Positions 48,844 to 61,167 of a stretch of DNA of 64,000 bases are shown here, piece after piece (the first letter of the stretch is position 1; every line of letters begins with the position of its first letter). The translations under genes were made by a program, and so were the position numbers. Origin of the DNA: Bdellovibrionales bacterium (GTDB lineage: Bacteria > Bdellovibrionota > Bdellovibrionia > Bdellovibrionales > JAMPXM01); the NCBI GenBank assembly GCA_016713885.1, contig JADJOF010000008.1, positions 3,221 to 67,220 on the forward strand. Direction: 5' to 3'. The notes beneath the pieces were generated by a model, which was not told the origin of the DNA, ran no database searches, and was given only the letters and a program-made list of their open reading frames with translations.

Positions 48844-50364
48844 TTAAAAGAACCCGAGCTTCTTCTCGCTGTAGCTAACGAGGAGATTCTTGGTCTGCTG
48901 ATAGTGATCGAGCATCATCTTGTGGGTCTCACGACCAATACCCGACATCTTATAACCACCGAACGCCGCATGGGCAGGATAAGCATGATAGCAATTCGTC
49001 CATACCCGTCCCGCCTGAATACCACGACCCATTCTAAATGCCGTATTCATATCTCGCGTCCAGACCCCTGAGCCCAATCCGTAAAGCGTGTCGTTGGCAA
49101 TTGAAAGCGCATCGGCCTCATTCTTAAATGTCGTCACCGAAACGACTGGCCCGAAGATCTCCTCCTGAAAGATTCGCATCTTGTTGTGCCCCTTAAAAAC
49201 AGTGGGCTTAACATAGTAGCCGTCCTTAAGATCTCCCGCCAATACGTTGCGCTCCCCTCCTATAAGACACTGAGCGTTCTCCTTCTTGCCAATATCCAAA
49301 TATGAAAGAATCTTCTCGAGCTGTTCATTGGATGCCTGTGCGCCAATCATCGTGTCTTTATCCAAGGGGTTTCCTTGCTTGACCTCGGCAACTCTTGCCA
49401 GCACCTTTTTCATAAACGGTTCATAGATCGATTCGTCAATCAGAGCCCGTGAAGGGCATGTACAAACTTCGCCCTGATTGAGCGCGAACATCACAAAGCC
49501 CTCGATCGCTTTATCGAGGAACCCATCATCTTTTTCCATGACGTCAGCAAAGAAAATGTTCGGCGACTTTCCGCCGAGCTCAAATGTAACCGGAATGAGA
49601 TTCTGGCTCGCGTACTGCATAATCAATCGACCCGTTGTCGTTTCGCCCGTGAAGGCAATCTTTGCGATTCGAGGACTCGATGCCAAAGGCTTACCGGCTT
49701 CAAGACCAAAGCCGTTCACCACATTGAGAATTCCGGCCGGCCAAAGATCTTGAATCAGCTCAAGCAACACCAAGACTGCAACCGGAGCTTGCTCAGCTGG
49801 ATTAAGGACGACACCGTTGCCTGCGGCGAGTGCTGGTGCCAATTTCCATGCAGCCATCAAGATGGGGAAGTTCCACGGAATAATTTGTCCAACAACTCCA
49901 AGCGGCTCATGGAAATGGTAGGCCATTGTTTCATGATCAATTTCACCGACCGTGCCCTCTTGCGCGCGAATACAGCCCGCAAAATAACGGAAGTGATCGA
50001 TCGCCAGAGGAATATCGGCGGCCATCGTTTCACGAATGGGCTTGCCATTGTCCCAAGTCTCAGCCGTTGCAATCAGCTCAAGATTGGCTTCCATCCGATC
50101 GGCAATCTTATTGAGAAGATTCGCGCGTGCCGTCGTCGACGTCTTCCCCCAAGCCTCTTTGGCCTTATGGGCCGCATCGAGCGCGAGTTCAATATCCTCA
50201 GCGGTCGAGCGCGGCACCTCACAAAAAGGCTTGCCGGTTACTGGTGTGACATTCTCAAAGTACTGCCCCTTTACAGGAGCGACCCATTGTCCACCGATGA
50301 AATTGGCATAGCGTTTTTTAAACGGAACAGCGAATCCATACTTCCCAGGCTCAATTTTGCTCAT
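48844..50364 (-). CDS. NAD(P)-dependent aldehyde dehydrogenase
   Basis: 506 aa. [23 protein letters not shown] and the catalytic-Cys context GEVCTCPSR. Confidence 0.85.
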   Translation of the reverse strand: MSKIEPGKYGFAVPFKKRYANFIGGQWVAPVKGQYFENVTPVTGKPFCEVPRSTAEDIELALDAAHKAKEAWGKTSTTARANLLNKIADRMEANLELIATAETWDNGKPIRETMAADIPLAIDHFRYFAGCIRAQEGTVGEIDHETMAYHFHEPLGVVGQIIPWNFPILMAAWKLAPALAAGNGVVLNPAEQAPVAVLVLLELIQDLWPAGILNVVNGFGLEAGKPLASSPRIAKIAFTGETTTGRLIMQYASQNLIPVTFELGGKSPNIFFADVMEKDDGFLDKAIEGFVMFALNQGEVCTCPSRALIDESIYEPFMKKVLARVAEVKQGNPLDKDTMIGAQASNEQLEKILSYLDIGKKENAQCLIGGERNVLAGDLKDGYYVKPTVFKGHNKMRIFQEEIFGPVVSVTTFKNEADALSIANDTLYGLGSGVWTRDMNTAFRMGRGIQAGRVWTNCYHAYPAHAAFGGYKMSGIGRETHKMMLDHYQQTKNLLVSYSEKKLGFF

Positions 50365-50502
50365 AAAATCCCCCTCAGAGCATTAAACTGCATAAGTTTA
50401 AAAAGAATATGAAGGACGACGTCTCAAACCAAGAAAAAGCGAATAAATCGAACGGGGTCCAGCACAAAAACATTATGAATTCATTAAGGACAAACGGAGT
50501 CG

Positions 50503-52130
50503 CTATACGATGTCCTCCTGCCACCCCAAAAGTGCCGCGCCCCAACGACGGCCTTTGACATACACCGGGACAGTCAATCCCGTCAGGACCGCGCCCGTAT
50601 CGCGGTGATAAGTTTGCACAAGATACTGAAGAGCAGACTCGGCCGTTTCATTTAAATCTGCACCGGCGCTGACAAACTCCTGCGAAGTCGCAATAAAACC
50701 GAGCCCTGAGTCACCAAGCCCAAGCCCAACCCTTGCGCCTTTCACCAAGGTGTCATCGTCGTGAAAAAACCTTTTTACCCGATTCCCAGCGAGATCCTGC
50801 GCCGTTTGCCCGGTCCAAGCCTTACAAAACTCAGAGTTGTGAATCGGAGCATAGGCATTGAGATCAAGCAGAATTGCAAAGATCAAAGCCGGTTCAGAGT
50901 TTTTGACTTCGTCCATCTTTTTTGAAGAGCCTTGTCGACAACTCGGTCATAGCGGGTCGAATACTTTTTCGGAAAAAATCCAGAGCTCGGAACACTCGAA
51001 ACATCAAAAAGTTCGGCAAGCTCCTGCTTTCTTATGCCCGTTATCTCCTCGTATTGAAGTGCCAGTATATCATCGAGCGTACATTCGCCGCGATCGACCG
51101 CATCCTCGAAGATCTGCCGAGCACCCACAGCCAGTGTGCGTGCGGCGCCAAGCGATCGATGAAAAAGCGTGTCCATCGGAAACTGCCCAAAGAGACCGTA
51201 GACCTCCTCCGTATTTTTCGAAAGCTCAACCATCTCCTCCGAAAGCCTTACCGTCTCTTCGGTCATCTTTGACGATGCCGCCTGCGTTTCCTGCATTTGT
51301 ACGACCGTCTTTTCAATAGTTCCCATCTCTGAATTCACCAAAGATGCGATCGATCGCGTCCGATCCGCCGAGCTCGATACACAGTTCAATATATCCTTGA
51401 ATGACAATGCGAGTTCTTTTGCGTTCTGAGAGTTTTCTAGCGTTAGCGCTTCAATCTCACTCAAAGACTGTCGCGTTGGTTCGAGCTCCTGTCTCAACTG
51501 ACTCAAGAGATTTCTAATTTCGCTGGTCTGACCCGCCGTATTCTGAGCCAACAAACGAATCTCCTCGGCCACAACATGAAAGCCCTGCCCATGAGCACCT
51601 GCCCGGGCGGCCTCGACGGCCGCATTGAACGCAAGAAGCTTTGACTGAAACGCAATCGAATCGACCACATCACTGACAGAGACAATTTGAGGCACCTTAT
51701 TTAAAATCAACTCAACCCGATCAATTGTCGACCTCATATTTGCAAGAAGCTGCTCCGAAGACTGGACCACTCGCAGCAAGGATGTATGCCCAGCCGTCGC
51801 AAGACTGTTCATCTGGTCAGTGGCAACCGCCGCCGCTGTCGTCAGTTCCGATATCTGCGCCATCGCCCCTCGTAGGTGTACGGCGCCTTCTTTGGTTTTG
51901 GAGACATTCTCGTCTGTTTTGTCGATCTGTCGCATGAGTATCTTCAAACGGAAAGAACTCTTAGCCGCCCGACAGGCAGTCCCCGACACGGACCGAAAAA
52001 GTCTCAGTAGAACGCCACTTGCTGGGTCGACATCTCTATCAATTCGTGCAGGCTCCTTGACGTATCGGAGCAGCCCCTGCCCTGCTTTTCTTATATTAAA
52101 AAGGAAGCCTTCCAACTCAACTCCCAGCAC
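50503..52130 (-). pseudogene. Soluble methyl-accepting chemotaxis protein with a C-terminal Cache-like domain, one frameshift
   Basis: ORF 50883..52130 carries the MCP hairpin ([36 protein letters not shown]). ORF 50503..50916 continues with ILLDLNAYAPIHNSEF...NRVKRFFHDD...YHRDTG...PVYVKGRRWGA. The junction is at the T6 run 50918-50923. No transmembrane segment is seen. Confidence 0.7.
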
Positions 52131-52174
52131 AAAACACCACTCCTATCATTCTTCAGCGAAAATAAAGATTCGAT

Positions 52175-54323
52175 TTAGTAAAAGCGCTTTTCACTCTTCG
52201 CCATATGATTCAGCGACGTGCAGGGCTTAAAGCGTGCACCGTATTTACTCGCCAAAACCTCAAGCTCATCACAAATCACTTTCGCCCCGATCGTATCGGC
52301 ATAACGCAAAAGGCCGCCGCGGAATGGAGGGAATCCGGTTCCGGTGATCATCGCGAGATCAACCTCATCGGCCGTCTCAACGATCTTCTCTTCAATCAAA
52401 GCCATCGCCGCTTCGTTCACCATCGGAAAAATGCCGCGACGAACCGTTTCATCGGCCGAGAGCCTATCGGAGGGCTGACCAAGACCGAGTTCAGAATAGA
52501 TCGTTTGATCGATCTCGAGCTGCTTCCCTTTGTCGTCATAGAGATAGAAGCCTTTTTTACTTTTCTTACCAAGGCGCTCTTTATTCTCCGAAAGCTTCTT
52601 CATCACCGGCGGGATCATGATGCGATCGCCAAGCGACTCGTGGAAAATCTTTGAAACCTTGATGCAGACATCGATTCCGATCTCGTCCATCAAAGTGAAC
52701 GGCCCCATCGGCATACCGAACTCTTTTTTGTATCGACGATCCACCGTCTCAATCGACATCCCGTCTTGAAGAAGCCACGCCGCCTCAATCAAATACGGAA
52801 CGAGAATTCGATTCACCAAAAATCCAGGGCCATCTTTTACAACAACTGGAAGCTTGCCCATTTTTTTCGCGAGATCAAAAACAGTCGCAACAGCAACGTC
52901 GCTCGACTTCTCGCCGCGAATGACTTCAACAAGCGGCATTTTATGAACCGGATTAAAGAAGTGCATGCCGACAAAGTTCTCAGGATGCGGATGCCCTTTG
53001 GCCATCTCTGTTACACTGAGTGACGACGTGTTGGTGGCGATGATACATGACGGCTTACACTTCCCAGCGGTTTCGCCAATCACCTTCTTCTTGATACCCA
53101 TGTCTTCAACGATCGCCTCGACGACAACGTCGAGCTGACCAAAGCCCGCGTAATCAAGACCACCAGAGACAAGGTTCATCTTGCGACCAAGCTCATAGCG
53201 ATCAATCTTTTTGCGCTTCACGAGCTTGCCCCAGAGCTCACCCGCATGGCGAAGACCCAGTGCAATCGCCGCATGCGAGATGTCTTTCATGCGAACTTCG
53301 ATCCCACGGTCAGCTGCGACATACGCAATACCGCCGCCCATGGTCCCAGCTCCCAGCACTCCAATGGATTTAACCGGCAACGCCTTCACATCACCTGCAA
53401 CGCCGGTTTTTTTCTTCACCGACTCCATCAGGTAAAACACATTGATGAGATTTTTTGAAACATCGGTCACAGCGACTTCACAGAAGCCTGCAAGCTCTAT
53501 CTCAAGCGCACGTGCGCGATCACTCATGCCGTATGTCTTCTCGATGACTTCAATGGCTTTCAGCGGAGCTGGATAGTGCCCGCCGGTTTGTTTTGCGGTG
53601 CCCTCTTTCCACTTTGAGAAAATAAAAGCGCGAGCCGGAGCCATCTCCATGGCATTGCCCATTACACCTTTTGGCTGAAAACGCTTAACACGCTTTCCTT
53701 TTAGCGCAGCGTCTTTTGCCATCTCAAGCGCTTTGGCTTCAAGGATCGAATGATGAACGACCTTGTCGACAAGACCAAGCTTCTCTGCTTTTCGCGAATC
53801 AACGGCTTTACCCTGAACGATGATATCGAGTGCGGCCTGATAACCAAGAGCGCGTGGCATGCGAACACAGCCACCAAAGCCTGGAATAATCCCAAGCTTC
53901 ACTTCCGGAAGCCCAATCTTGGTCGCGGCATCATCGCTTGCTATTCGATAGTCGCAAGCCAAAATCAGCTCACAGCCACCGCCCATGCAGGCGCCGTGAA
54001 TTGCGGCGACGACTGGGATCTTCATATCTTCAATGCGCGCGAAGATTTCATGCGCTTTGCCGATAGCGACTCGATAGTCCTCGGCCTTCTTCATCGCCTT
54101 GATTTCTTCGATATCAGCGCCCGCGATAAAAATCGAAGGTTTGCGCGAAATCAAAACCGCCGCTTCATAAGGCCCTCTTCTACCTCTTCCAAAACTTCGT
54201 TTAGACGGAACATGACGGGTGAAGAAAGCTTATTCACCTTCTCGCCAAAGAGGTCGAATTCAACCAGCGCCACATCACCTTTAGGAACAATGCGAATCGA
54301 TTCTTGGATGCTGTCAGTTCAAT
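52175..54323 (-). pseudogene. Fatty-acid oxidation multifunctional enzyme (enoyl-CoA hydratase / 3-hydroxyacyl-CoA dehydrogenase), N-terminus frameshifted
   Basis: ORF 52175..54154 starts mid-domain (..ISRKPSIFIAGADI..AAIHGACMGGGCELILACD..GVLGAGTMGGGIA). The missing N-terminus (..SIRIVPKGDVALVEFDLFGEKVNKLS..EVLEEVEE) lies in another frame at 54160-54310. One junction is at about 54173-54175. No clean start codon. Confidence 0.75.
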
Positions 54324-54328
54324 AGTCC

Positions 54329-55715
54329 TTATTTCTCCGGGATTTCCAGAATTCATCGCGCCACCTTGGCCCACCGAAGAATCATAGCGCCGCCCTGACC
54401 GCACCGAATTCTTTCCAGAACGCCTTTCATCTGTTTCATCAGCGTCATCAACACCAGACGCGTTCGTTAAATTTGCACCACCGGATGCCCCAGCGCAATC
54501 GCGCCGCCGTTGATATTGAGTTTACTCATATCGAGCGAGCCGAGTTTCTTTGGCAAATCAAGCTTCTCACGCGCAAACTGATCGCTATCAAACGCCTTCA
54601 AACACGCCATCACTTGTGCTGCAAAGGCCTCGTTGAGCTCAACAACATCGAGATCTGAGAATTCAATTCCCGCGCGCTTCAGCGCAATCGGCGTTGCGTA
54701 CGCAGGTCCGAGTCCCATGCGCTCCGGCTCAAGCCCCGCAAACGCGTACGAGAGAATGCGCGCAATCGGTTTCATCCCAAGCTTGTCGGCCTGCTCGCGG
54801 CTCATCACCAAGACCATCGCCGCACCATCTGTGATCGGACACGCGTTGCCAGCCGTGACTGTTCCAGTTTTGCGATCAAAGATCGGTTTCAGTTTTCCGA
54901 GCGCTTCCATCGACTGGCCATCGCGCGGACCGATATCCGCTTCAACCACTTCTTTAAATGATGGTGGCAAATAGACCGGGGCGATCTCTTCTGCCAGAAC
55001 ACCGTTCTTCTGCGCCGCCACCGCTTTTTGATGCGAAGCCAGAGAGAACTCATCTTGCTCTTGACGAGAAAGCCCCCACTCCTTCGCGAGAAGCTCCGCG
55101 GTTTCTCCCATATTTTTCCAACAAAAGGATCCGTTAGGCCCTCAACGATCGCAATCCGCGGCTTGTATGGCGCCCGCGCCATTGGCCCTGTGGTCAGAAG
55201 GTTCGCAATCGACTTCAAATCAGCACCGACAAGTCCCGCAAGGGCCGCAATCTGTTGCCCAGGCGACTTCGCAGAACCGAGCATCGCAATCGCTTTCGTC
55301 ACTTCGTTTGAATAGATCAGCGGCATCTGCGACATCGATTCCGTTCCGCCGGAGATCACCACGTTCGCCATGCCCGCTTTGATCTTATCAAAGCCACCCG
55401 CAATCGACTCCATCGCCGATGCGCAGTTGCGATGAACGGTGTGTGCCGATGTCTTTTGCGGAATCCCCGCATTGAGCGCCACCACGCGACCGATATTCAC
55501 AGCGTCGGATGGGTTTCCGGTGTTGCCGATGATGACTTCATCGACAAGATTCACATCGAGATTGGTGCGCGCGAGCAACTCCTTCAGAGCGACACGCCCC
55601 AGTTCCGCAGGATGCACCGTCTTGAGCTTTGTATCGGCCTTCGCGAACGGGTTCTCAATCCAACAATACCACATCGTGGATGAGGAGCTGCTGCTGCCGG
55701 ACCCGTTTTTCCCAT
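54329..55715 (-). pseudogene. Acetyl-CoA C-acyltransferase (thiolase), multiply frameshifted
   Basis: ATG at 55715 after AAAGGAGAA. Frame changes at the G3 run 55649-55651 and the T5 run 55113-55117. Motifs: NCASAMESI (active-site Cys), GNACPITDGAA, NGGAIALGHP. The last about 45 codons (54329-54470) are scattered over three frames with in-frame stops. Confidence 0.75.
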
Positions 55716-56009
55716 AGAACTTCTCCTTTTGCGGCGAACTTTCGAAATATGGAAATATTCGAAATTCCTTCACTTTCTTTGTCAAACCACATTGTCGTTA
55801 ACGGCCGACAACACGTCACTCAATCTGTCAGCACCTCGACTCCAATCTTGCGCTCACAGTCGCCGTCGCTTTGCGGCATTTACGCACCCTCACTTGCATC
55901 AACTGCGGCTTGACAGCGGTTCCTCGGATTCCCTACGCCATGCCTTTGCGGCTACCTCATCGGCCCATATCGCAAAACGAGACAAGATAACTCAAAGGAA
56001 CGCCCTTCC

Positions 56010-58355
56010 ATGTCCGACAAAACACCCGACATCAAGACCAAAGAAAAGTCGCAACTTCAGATCGACGCCCTGGACTACCACAGCAAACCAACCCCGGGGA
56101 AAGTCGAGGTCATTTCCTCAAAGAGCGTGGCCAGCGAACGAATGCTTTCACTCGCCTACTCTCCCGGAGTTGCCGTTCCCTGTATCGAAATCGCCAAAGA
56201 TCCAGAATCCGTTTACGAGTACACAACGAAGGGAAACCTCGTTGCCGTGATCACGAACGGCACCGCGGTCCTTGGCCTTGGCGACATCGGGCCGCTTGCG
56301 GGAAAACCAGTGATGGAAGGAAAAGGCGTACTCTTTAAACAGTTCGCCAACATCAATGTCTTTGACCTTGAGCTTGACGCCAAGGACCCTGACGAATTCT
56401 GCCGCGCCGTGAAGGCACTTGAACCAACATTTGGCGGCATCAACCTCGAAGACATCAAAGCACCCGAGGGCTTTGAAATTGAAGAACGCCGAAAACGCGA
56501 GATGAAAATTCCGGTCTTCCACGACGACCAACACGGAACCGCGATCATCTCGGGCGCAGCTCTTCTGAAATGCCTGCGAAGTCACGGACCGCAAGATGAG
56601 CGAAATCAAGCTCGTGATGAATGGCGCTGGTGCCGCGTCGATTTCGTGCGGTCGAATTTTCATGGCCCTTGGCGTGAAGGCCAGCAAACATCCTGATGTG
56701 CGACTTCCAAAGGGAGTCGTTACAAGGGCCGCAAAGACGGCATGAACAAGTACAAAGAGCAATTCGCCGTTGAAACCTCAGCGCGCACTCTCCTGGACGC
56801 CCTTAAAGGTGCCGACGTCTTCGTTGGACTTTCCGTTGCTGGCGCGATGACGGGAGACATGCTGAAAGTCATGGGCGATCGCCCGATCGTCTTTGCAATG
56901 GCCAACCCCGATCCCGAGATCGATCCGCCGACTGGCAGGCCATTCGACCTGATTGCATCATCGCGACTGGCCGAAGCGACTACTCAAACCAAGTGAACAA
57001 CGTGCTTGGCTTCCCCTTCATTTTCCGCGGCGCCCTCGACGTTCGCGCAACACAAATCAATGAAGAGATGAAGCTTGCGGCGGTTCACGCCATCGCCAAA
57101 CTCGCCAAAGAAGAGGTCCCGAGAAAGTTTCGGCAGCTTACGGTGGACCAGAGTTCAGCTTTGGGCCTGAATACCTGATCCCGAAACCCTTTGATCCGCG
57201 CGTTCTGCTTTTCGGTGACTCCAGCTGTTGCAAAAGCCGCGATGGATTCCGGCGTTGCTCGAAAACCGATTCAAGACTTCCAAGCCTACCGCGATAGCCT
57301 CGAAGCCTTCCAGGGTGCGCGCACCGGCTTTGTTCGCTCGGTCATGCACCGAGTGAAGAATCAAGCCAAGGCCTCCGGCAAACCGATTCCGACGGTTGTC
57401 TTCCCCGAAGGCTCGTCTTCGAAAATTTGAAAGCACTTCAAACCATCGCCAGCGAAGGATGATCAAGCCGGTTCTACTGGACTAAGATCAGGTTCGCGGC
57501 AAGATGGAAGAACTTGGTCTTGACGACCTTAAAGACATTCCGATCATCCATCCCTCGCAGCATCCAAAGTTCCGCGAGTACGTCGATAAACTTTATGAAA
57601 TGCGAAACCGCAAAGGCATCATGCTTCGCGAGGCCGAGCGCCTCATGGCTGATCCCGACTATTTTGCATCGATGATGGTTCACATGGGCGACGCCAACGC
57701 TGTCGTCACGGGCGCAACGCAGAACTACGCCGATTGCGTGCGTCCAATTTTAGAGATCATCGGGCCCGGACAACGCCATACGGCCAGCGGTCTGAATCTT
57801 GTCATCTTTAAAAACCGCATGCTGTTCTTTGCCGACACCGCCGTGAACATCGATCCCACCGCCGAACAAGTGGCAACGATTGCCATTCACGCGGCTCGCG
57901 TCGCCGAGTACTTCCGCATTCAACCGCGGATTGCGATGCTCTCTTACACGAACTTCCGCTCCAAAGGCGAAAGCCCGTCGAAAATGCGCAAGGCCGCCGA
58001 GATCGTCAAGAAACGCTACCCGCACTACATCGTCGATGGCGAGATGCAGGCCGACACGGCCGTCAATCCCGATATCGTCGAGCGGATTTTCCCGATCTGC
58101 GAATTGAAAAACGGCGCCAACATCTTGATTTTCCCAACCCTCGATGCCGGCAACATCTCTTACAAACTCGTGCAGCAGCTCGGCGGGGCAGAGGTCATCG
58201 GGCCTTTCCTGATGGGCGTACGCAAACCCGCCAACGTGCTTCAGCGCACCTGCACGGTCGATGACATCGTCAACACCGTGGCGCTCACCGCGCTCGAAGC
58301 TCAGGCTTTTAACGAGAGCCGCAGCTCCTACCCCGGCCCCGGCGAAGGCCGCTAG
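56010..58355 (+). pseudogene. maeB: NADP-dependent malic enzyme (malic enzyme + phosphotransacetylase-like domain), at least 8 disruptions
   Basis: Five listed ORF pieces (56010..56696, 56742..56996, 56993..57178, 57191..57430, 57504..58355) plus short unlisted pieces. My hand translation re-threads them colinearly with MaeB (..[27 protein letters not shown] / [12 protein letters not shown] / NILMCD / [11 protein letters not shown] / [25 protein letters not shown] / PKPFDPR / [12 protein letters not shown] / PTA-like domain). In-frame TAA at 57483-57485. Confidence 0.8.
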
Positions 58356-58368
58356 AGCCGAAAATATT

Positions 58369-58404
58369 CTTCCCTGTGGCGACTCGCGGAGTCGCCAAAG
58401 GAAG
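58369..58404 (+). terminator. Stem-loop after maeB
   Basis: CTTCC-ctgt-GGCGACTC-gcg-GAGTCGCC-aaa-GGAAG. There is no strong T-run, so this is tentative. Confidence 0.4.
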
Positions 58405-58485
58405 ATAATTACTCTTTCAACTCCCTGATTCTTCACCGCTTTTCAGGGCCTTCCGAGTTTCGCTTGAACTAGAGGCAAAGTCTAG

Positions 58486-59848
58486 TCGCAAAATAAAGAA
58501 AGGAGGACTTCAGCCATCGCAAAACCGAATCAACATCCGAGCAACCCGACGCTCTCACAGCGCTGGGAAACTGGAAAAACACTTCTCCGCCCGAAAGAGC
58601 GAATCGTTTGTGTCGGTATCGGCCTGAAGTCCGAATCGTTTCAAGAACTCAAAGAAAGTCTGTTTGAACTCGAAGAGCTCGTCCATTCCGCAGGTGGCGA
58701 AGTCGTCGGCTCCATCACCCAGGTCTTAAGCCAATTCACTCCAGCAACTCTGATGGGCTCCGGCAAGGTTGAAGAAATTGGTGAGGTCGTCCGCGAATCA
58801 CAAGCGACGGCCGTCGCCGTCGATCACCTTCTCTCTGGAGCGCAGATTCGAAACCTCGAGGACGTCTGGAAAGTTCGCGTGGTCGATCGCAATCAAGTGA
58901 TTCTCGATATTTTCGCAGCGAGCGCAGACTTTCGAAGGAAAACTTCAAGTCGAACTTGCACAAATGCTCGATCAGCTTCCGCGCATGGTCGACGCTTGGC
59001 TTGGCTCGCTTTCGCGACAAGGGGGCGGCATCGGCACCCGGGGCCCTGGCGAAACAGCGCTTGAGATGGATCGTCGCCGCATCAAGGAACGGATGAAAGT
59101 CATCCGTAAACAGCTTGAAAATGTCCGCGGCCAACGCGCCCAGCACCGCGCCTCGCGACGGAAAAATCGGCTCCCGAGTTTTGCGCTGATTGGCTACACC
59201 AACTCCGGAAAATCAACTCTACTCAATCGACTGACGCAGTCTCAGGTGCTCGCCAAAGATCTGCTCTTTGCAACACTTGATCCGACAACGCGCAAGATTC
59301 ACATTCCCGATGGCCCGCCCGCGGTGATGACCGATACCGTCGGTTTTATTCGAAAGCTCCCAACAAATTTAATTGAAGCCTTTAAAGCGACGCTTGAAGA
59401 ATCTGCCGATGCCGATATCCTCCTCCATGTCGTCGACCTCTCTTCGCCACAAATGCCAACTCAAGTGGAAGTGGTCAACGGACTCATCAACGAGTTCGGC
59501 TGGAACGACAAGCCCATCATCCATGTCTTTAACAAAGTCGACCAAGCTCCGTTTGAAAAGCAGTTTCAAGTCAAAGCCTTCCCTCGCGTCTTTGTGAGCG
59601 CTCTCACCGGCGAAGGACTCGATCGGCTCAAACGCTTGATGCTCGAGCAAATCCAAGCGCTCTCAACAGAGGTTGAGCTCTTCTTCCCGCGCGAGAGCGA
59701 GCATCGTATTTTTGACCTCGACCGCGAATCGAAAATCGTGAAGCGCGAACAAGGCACAACCGGCACACTGCTGCGAGCAGCCCTCACTCCGGCCCTCATC
59801 ACCCGCTGGCAAGAATTCCTCGTTGCCGCCGACCACACGTCAATATGA
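58486..59848 (+). pseudogene. hflX: GTPase HflX, frameshifted and without a clear start codon
   Basis: The N-terminal domain (..RIVCVGIGL..ELVHSAGGEVVG..GSGKVEEIGE..NLEDVWKVRVVDRNQVILDIFA) is in the frame of ORF 58753..59064. From about 58925 the protein continues in ORF 58964..59848 (FEGKLQVELAQM.., G-domain GYTNSGKSTLLN, DTVGF, NKVD). AGGAGG at 58501 is not followed by ATG, GTG or TTG in frame. Confidence 0.8.
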
Positions 59849-61167
59849 AGAGGCCGCTGGGGCTCATCCTTTTTTTTAGCCTTTGCCCATTTTGGGCAGC
59901 ATCGGCAGCCGACCCCGCCAAACCGACCTGTTCATGGAAGCTGATTCGACCAGTTTGCGAGGATCCCAAAAGCAATAGCCTTGATCTTCGAAAAATCCCT
60001 CGAGCGAAGCCGACGGCGTCTTGTTTAACTTTTTTCCTGGTTCATAAGCCTGGCCGCTACAATCAAATTAAAGCCTTCGATACGACCACGGAGAAGTTGA
60101 GAAAAAATACTCTCGCCATCTCCGAAGAGGTTCGCGAACGAGCAATACGAACGGTGACCGGCGGTGCCCCTCAAGGGGAATGGACAAGAGAACAGAAGGC
60201 TTTTGTCACTCGCCTCAAAACAGTCCGCTTTGTCGCGGCCGACTCGCTGGATGAATCCTGTGTTGCGCTCAAAGATCCCGGCATTCCAAACGCAGCATAC
60301 ACCGCCGAGACACATACCATCACCATCTGCCCAAGCCTGACGCGAGTGCATTCACAGATGATCGCTTCAAGCCTTGCACACGAACTTGGCCACTCGATCA
60401 GCCCTTGCGCGATGAGCAAGTCGCTCTACAAAATTTCAAGCGGTACCGACGTCACCGATGTGATTCATTGCTTGTGGCCAAGCCCAGACCCCGAGAACGA
60501 TGAGATCACCGGGCAGAATGTCCGCATCGCTCGTCAAACTCTTGAGGCCGAATTCGCGGTGACGAACCCTGAGCTCAGTTCCAATTCAGAAAGCGCAGAA
60601 CTCATCCGCTGCGGCATTCTCAAACCGGTCGCCTATGGCGACGTAAAGTCTCCCGTCGCCCACCGACAGTTCCTCAAATGCGCCCTCTCCCAGAACCAAC
60701 CTGACTACAGCAACTGGCTCGCACAGTCTCAGCTCGGTTCCGAGACAATGCCGAAGAAGCTGAGCCCGGCCCAGCGAAAGATTATCGAACGCGCCAAAAG
60801 CCTGAACCCAGCCGTTTGCCAGTCCAAAACTGAAGAAACTTACGCCGACTCTTTTGCAGGCCAAGTTCTTGCTCGCACCGTTGAGGAAAAAGATCTGAGC
60901 GCACGAACCATCAGTCAATATGCCCATGACTTCTCGACAGTGGCCTGCCGAAGCCAGCTCGAGTCCGGCTATGACTTTACGCCGACCCTATACCCATCGG
61001 CCGCCGATCGCGTTCGGCTATTGATTGAAACCGATGCAGCCATGCACAAACTGGGGTGTGAAAAAGACCCGAGCCCACTCTGTGCGATCGAAGCGGAGGC
61101 GTTTTTGGCGCCAGCACAGCCAGGAGCCTCTCGGCCCCCCACACAACCACAAGGGGTCGCAAAATGA
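59845..61167 (+). CDS. Exported hypothetical protein with HExxH motif (putative Zn-metalloprotease)
   Basis: Signal sequence MKRPLGLILFFSLCPFWAASA. SLAHELGHSISPC motif. No family recognised. Confidence 0.55.
   Translation: MKRPLGLILFFSLCPFWAASAADPAKPTCSWKLIRPVCEDPKSNSLDLRKIPRAKPTASCLTFFLVHKPGRYNQIKAFDTTTEKLRKNTLAISEEVRERAIRTVTGGAPQGEWTREQKAFVTRLKTVRFVAADSLDESCVALKDPGIPNAAYTAETHTITICPSLTRVHSQMIASSLAHELGHSISPCAMSKSLYKISSGTDVTDVIHCLWPSPDPENDEITGQNVRIARQTLEAEFAVTNPELSSNSESAELIRCGILKPVAYGDVKSPVAHRQFLKCALSQNQPDYSNWLAQSQLGSETMPKKLSPAQRKIIERAKSLNPAVCQSKTEETYADSFAGQVLARTVEEKDLSARTISQYAHDFSTVACRSQLESGYDFTPTLYPSAADRVRLLIETDAAMHKLGCEKDPSPLCAIEAEAFLAPAQPGASRPPTQPQGVAK

Noticed and set aside
54382-54384. 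A TGA codon that, in my best re-threading of the thiolase C-terminus (..EFGAVRAAL-TGA-FFGGQGGAMILEIPEK), aligns exactly with the second catalytic Cys of thiolases (C-x-x-G-G-Q-G). This is tempting as a selenocysteine/Cys pair.
   Set aside because: The reading requires about four frame changes within 120 nt of the most error-dense part of the window. I found no convincing SECIS-like hairpin just downstream, and no selenoprotein machinery is visible. TGT or TGC changing to TGA needs only one substitution. I treat it as damage or error unless clean reads restore a single frame that still contains TGA.
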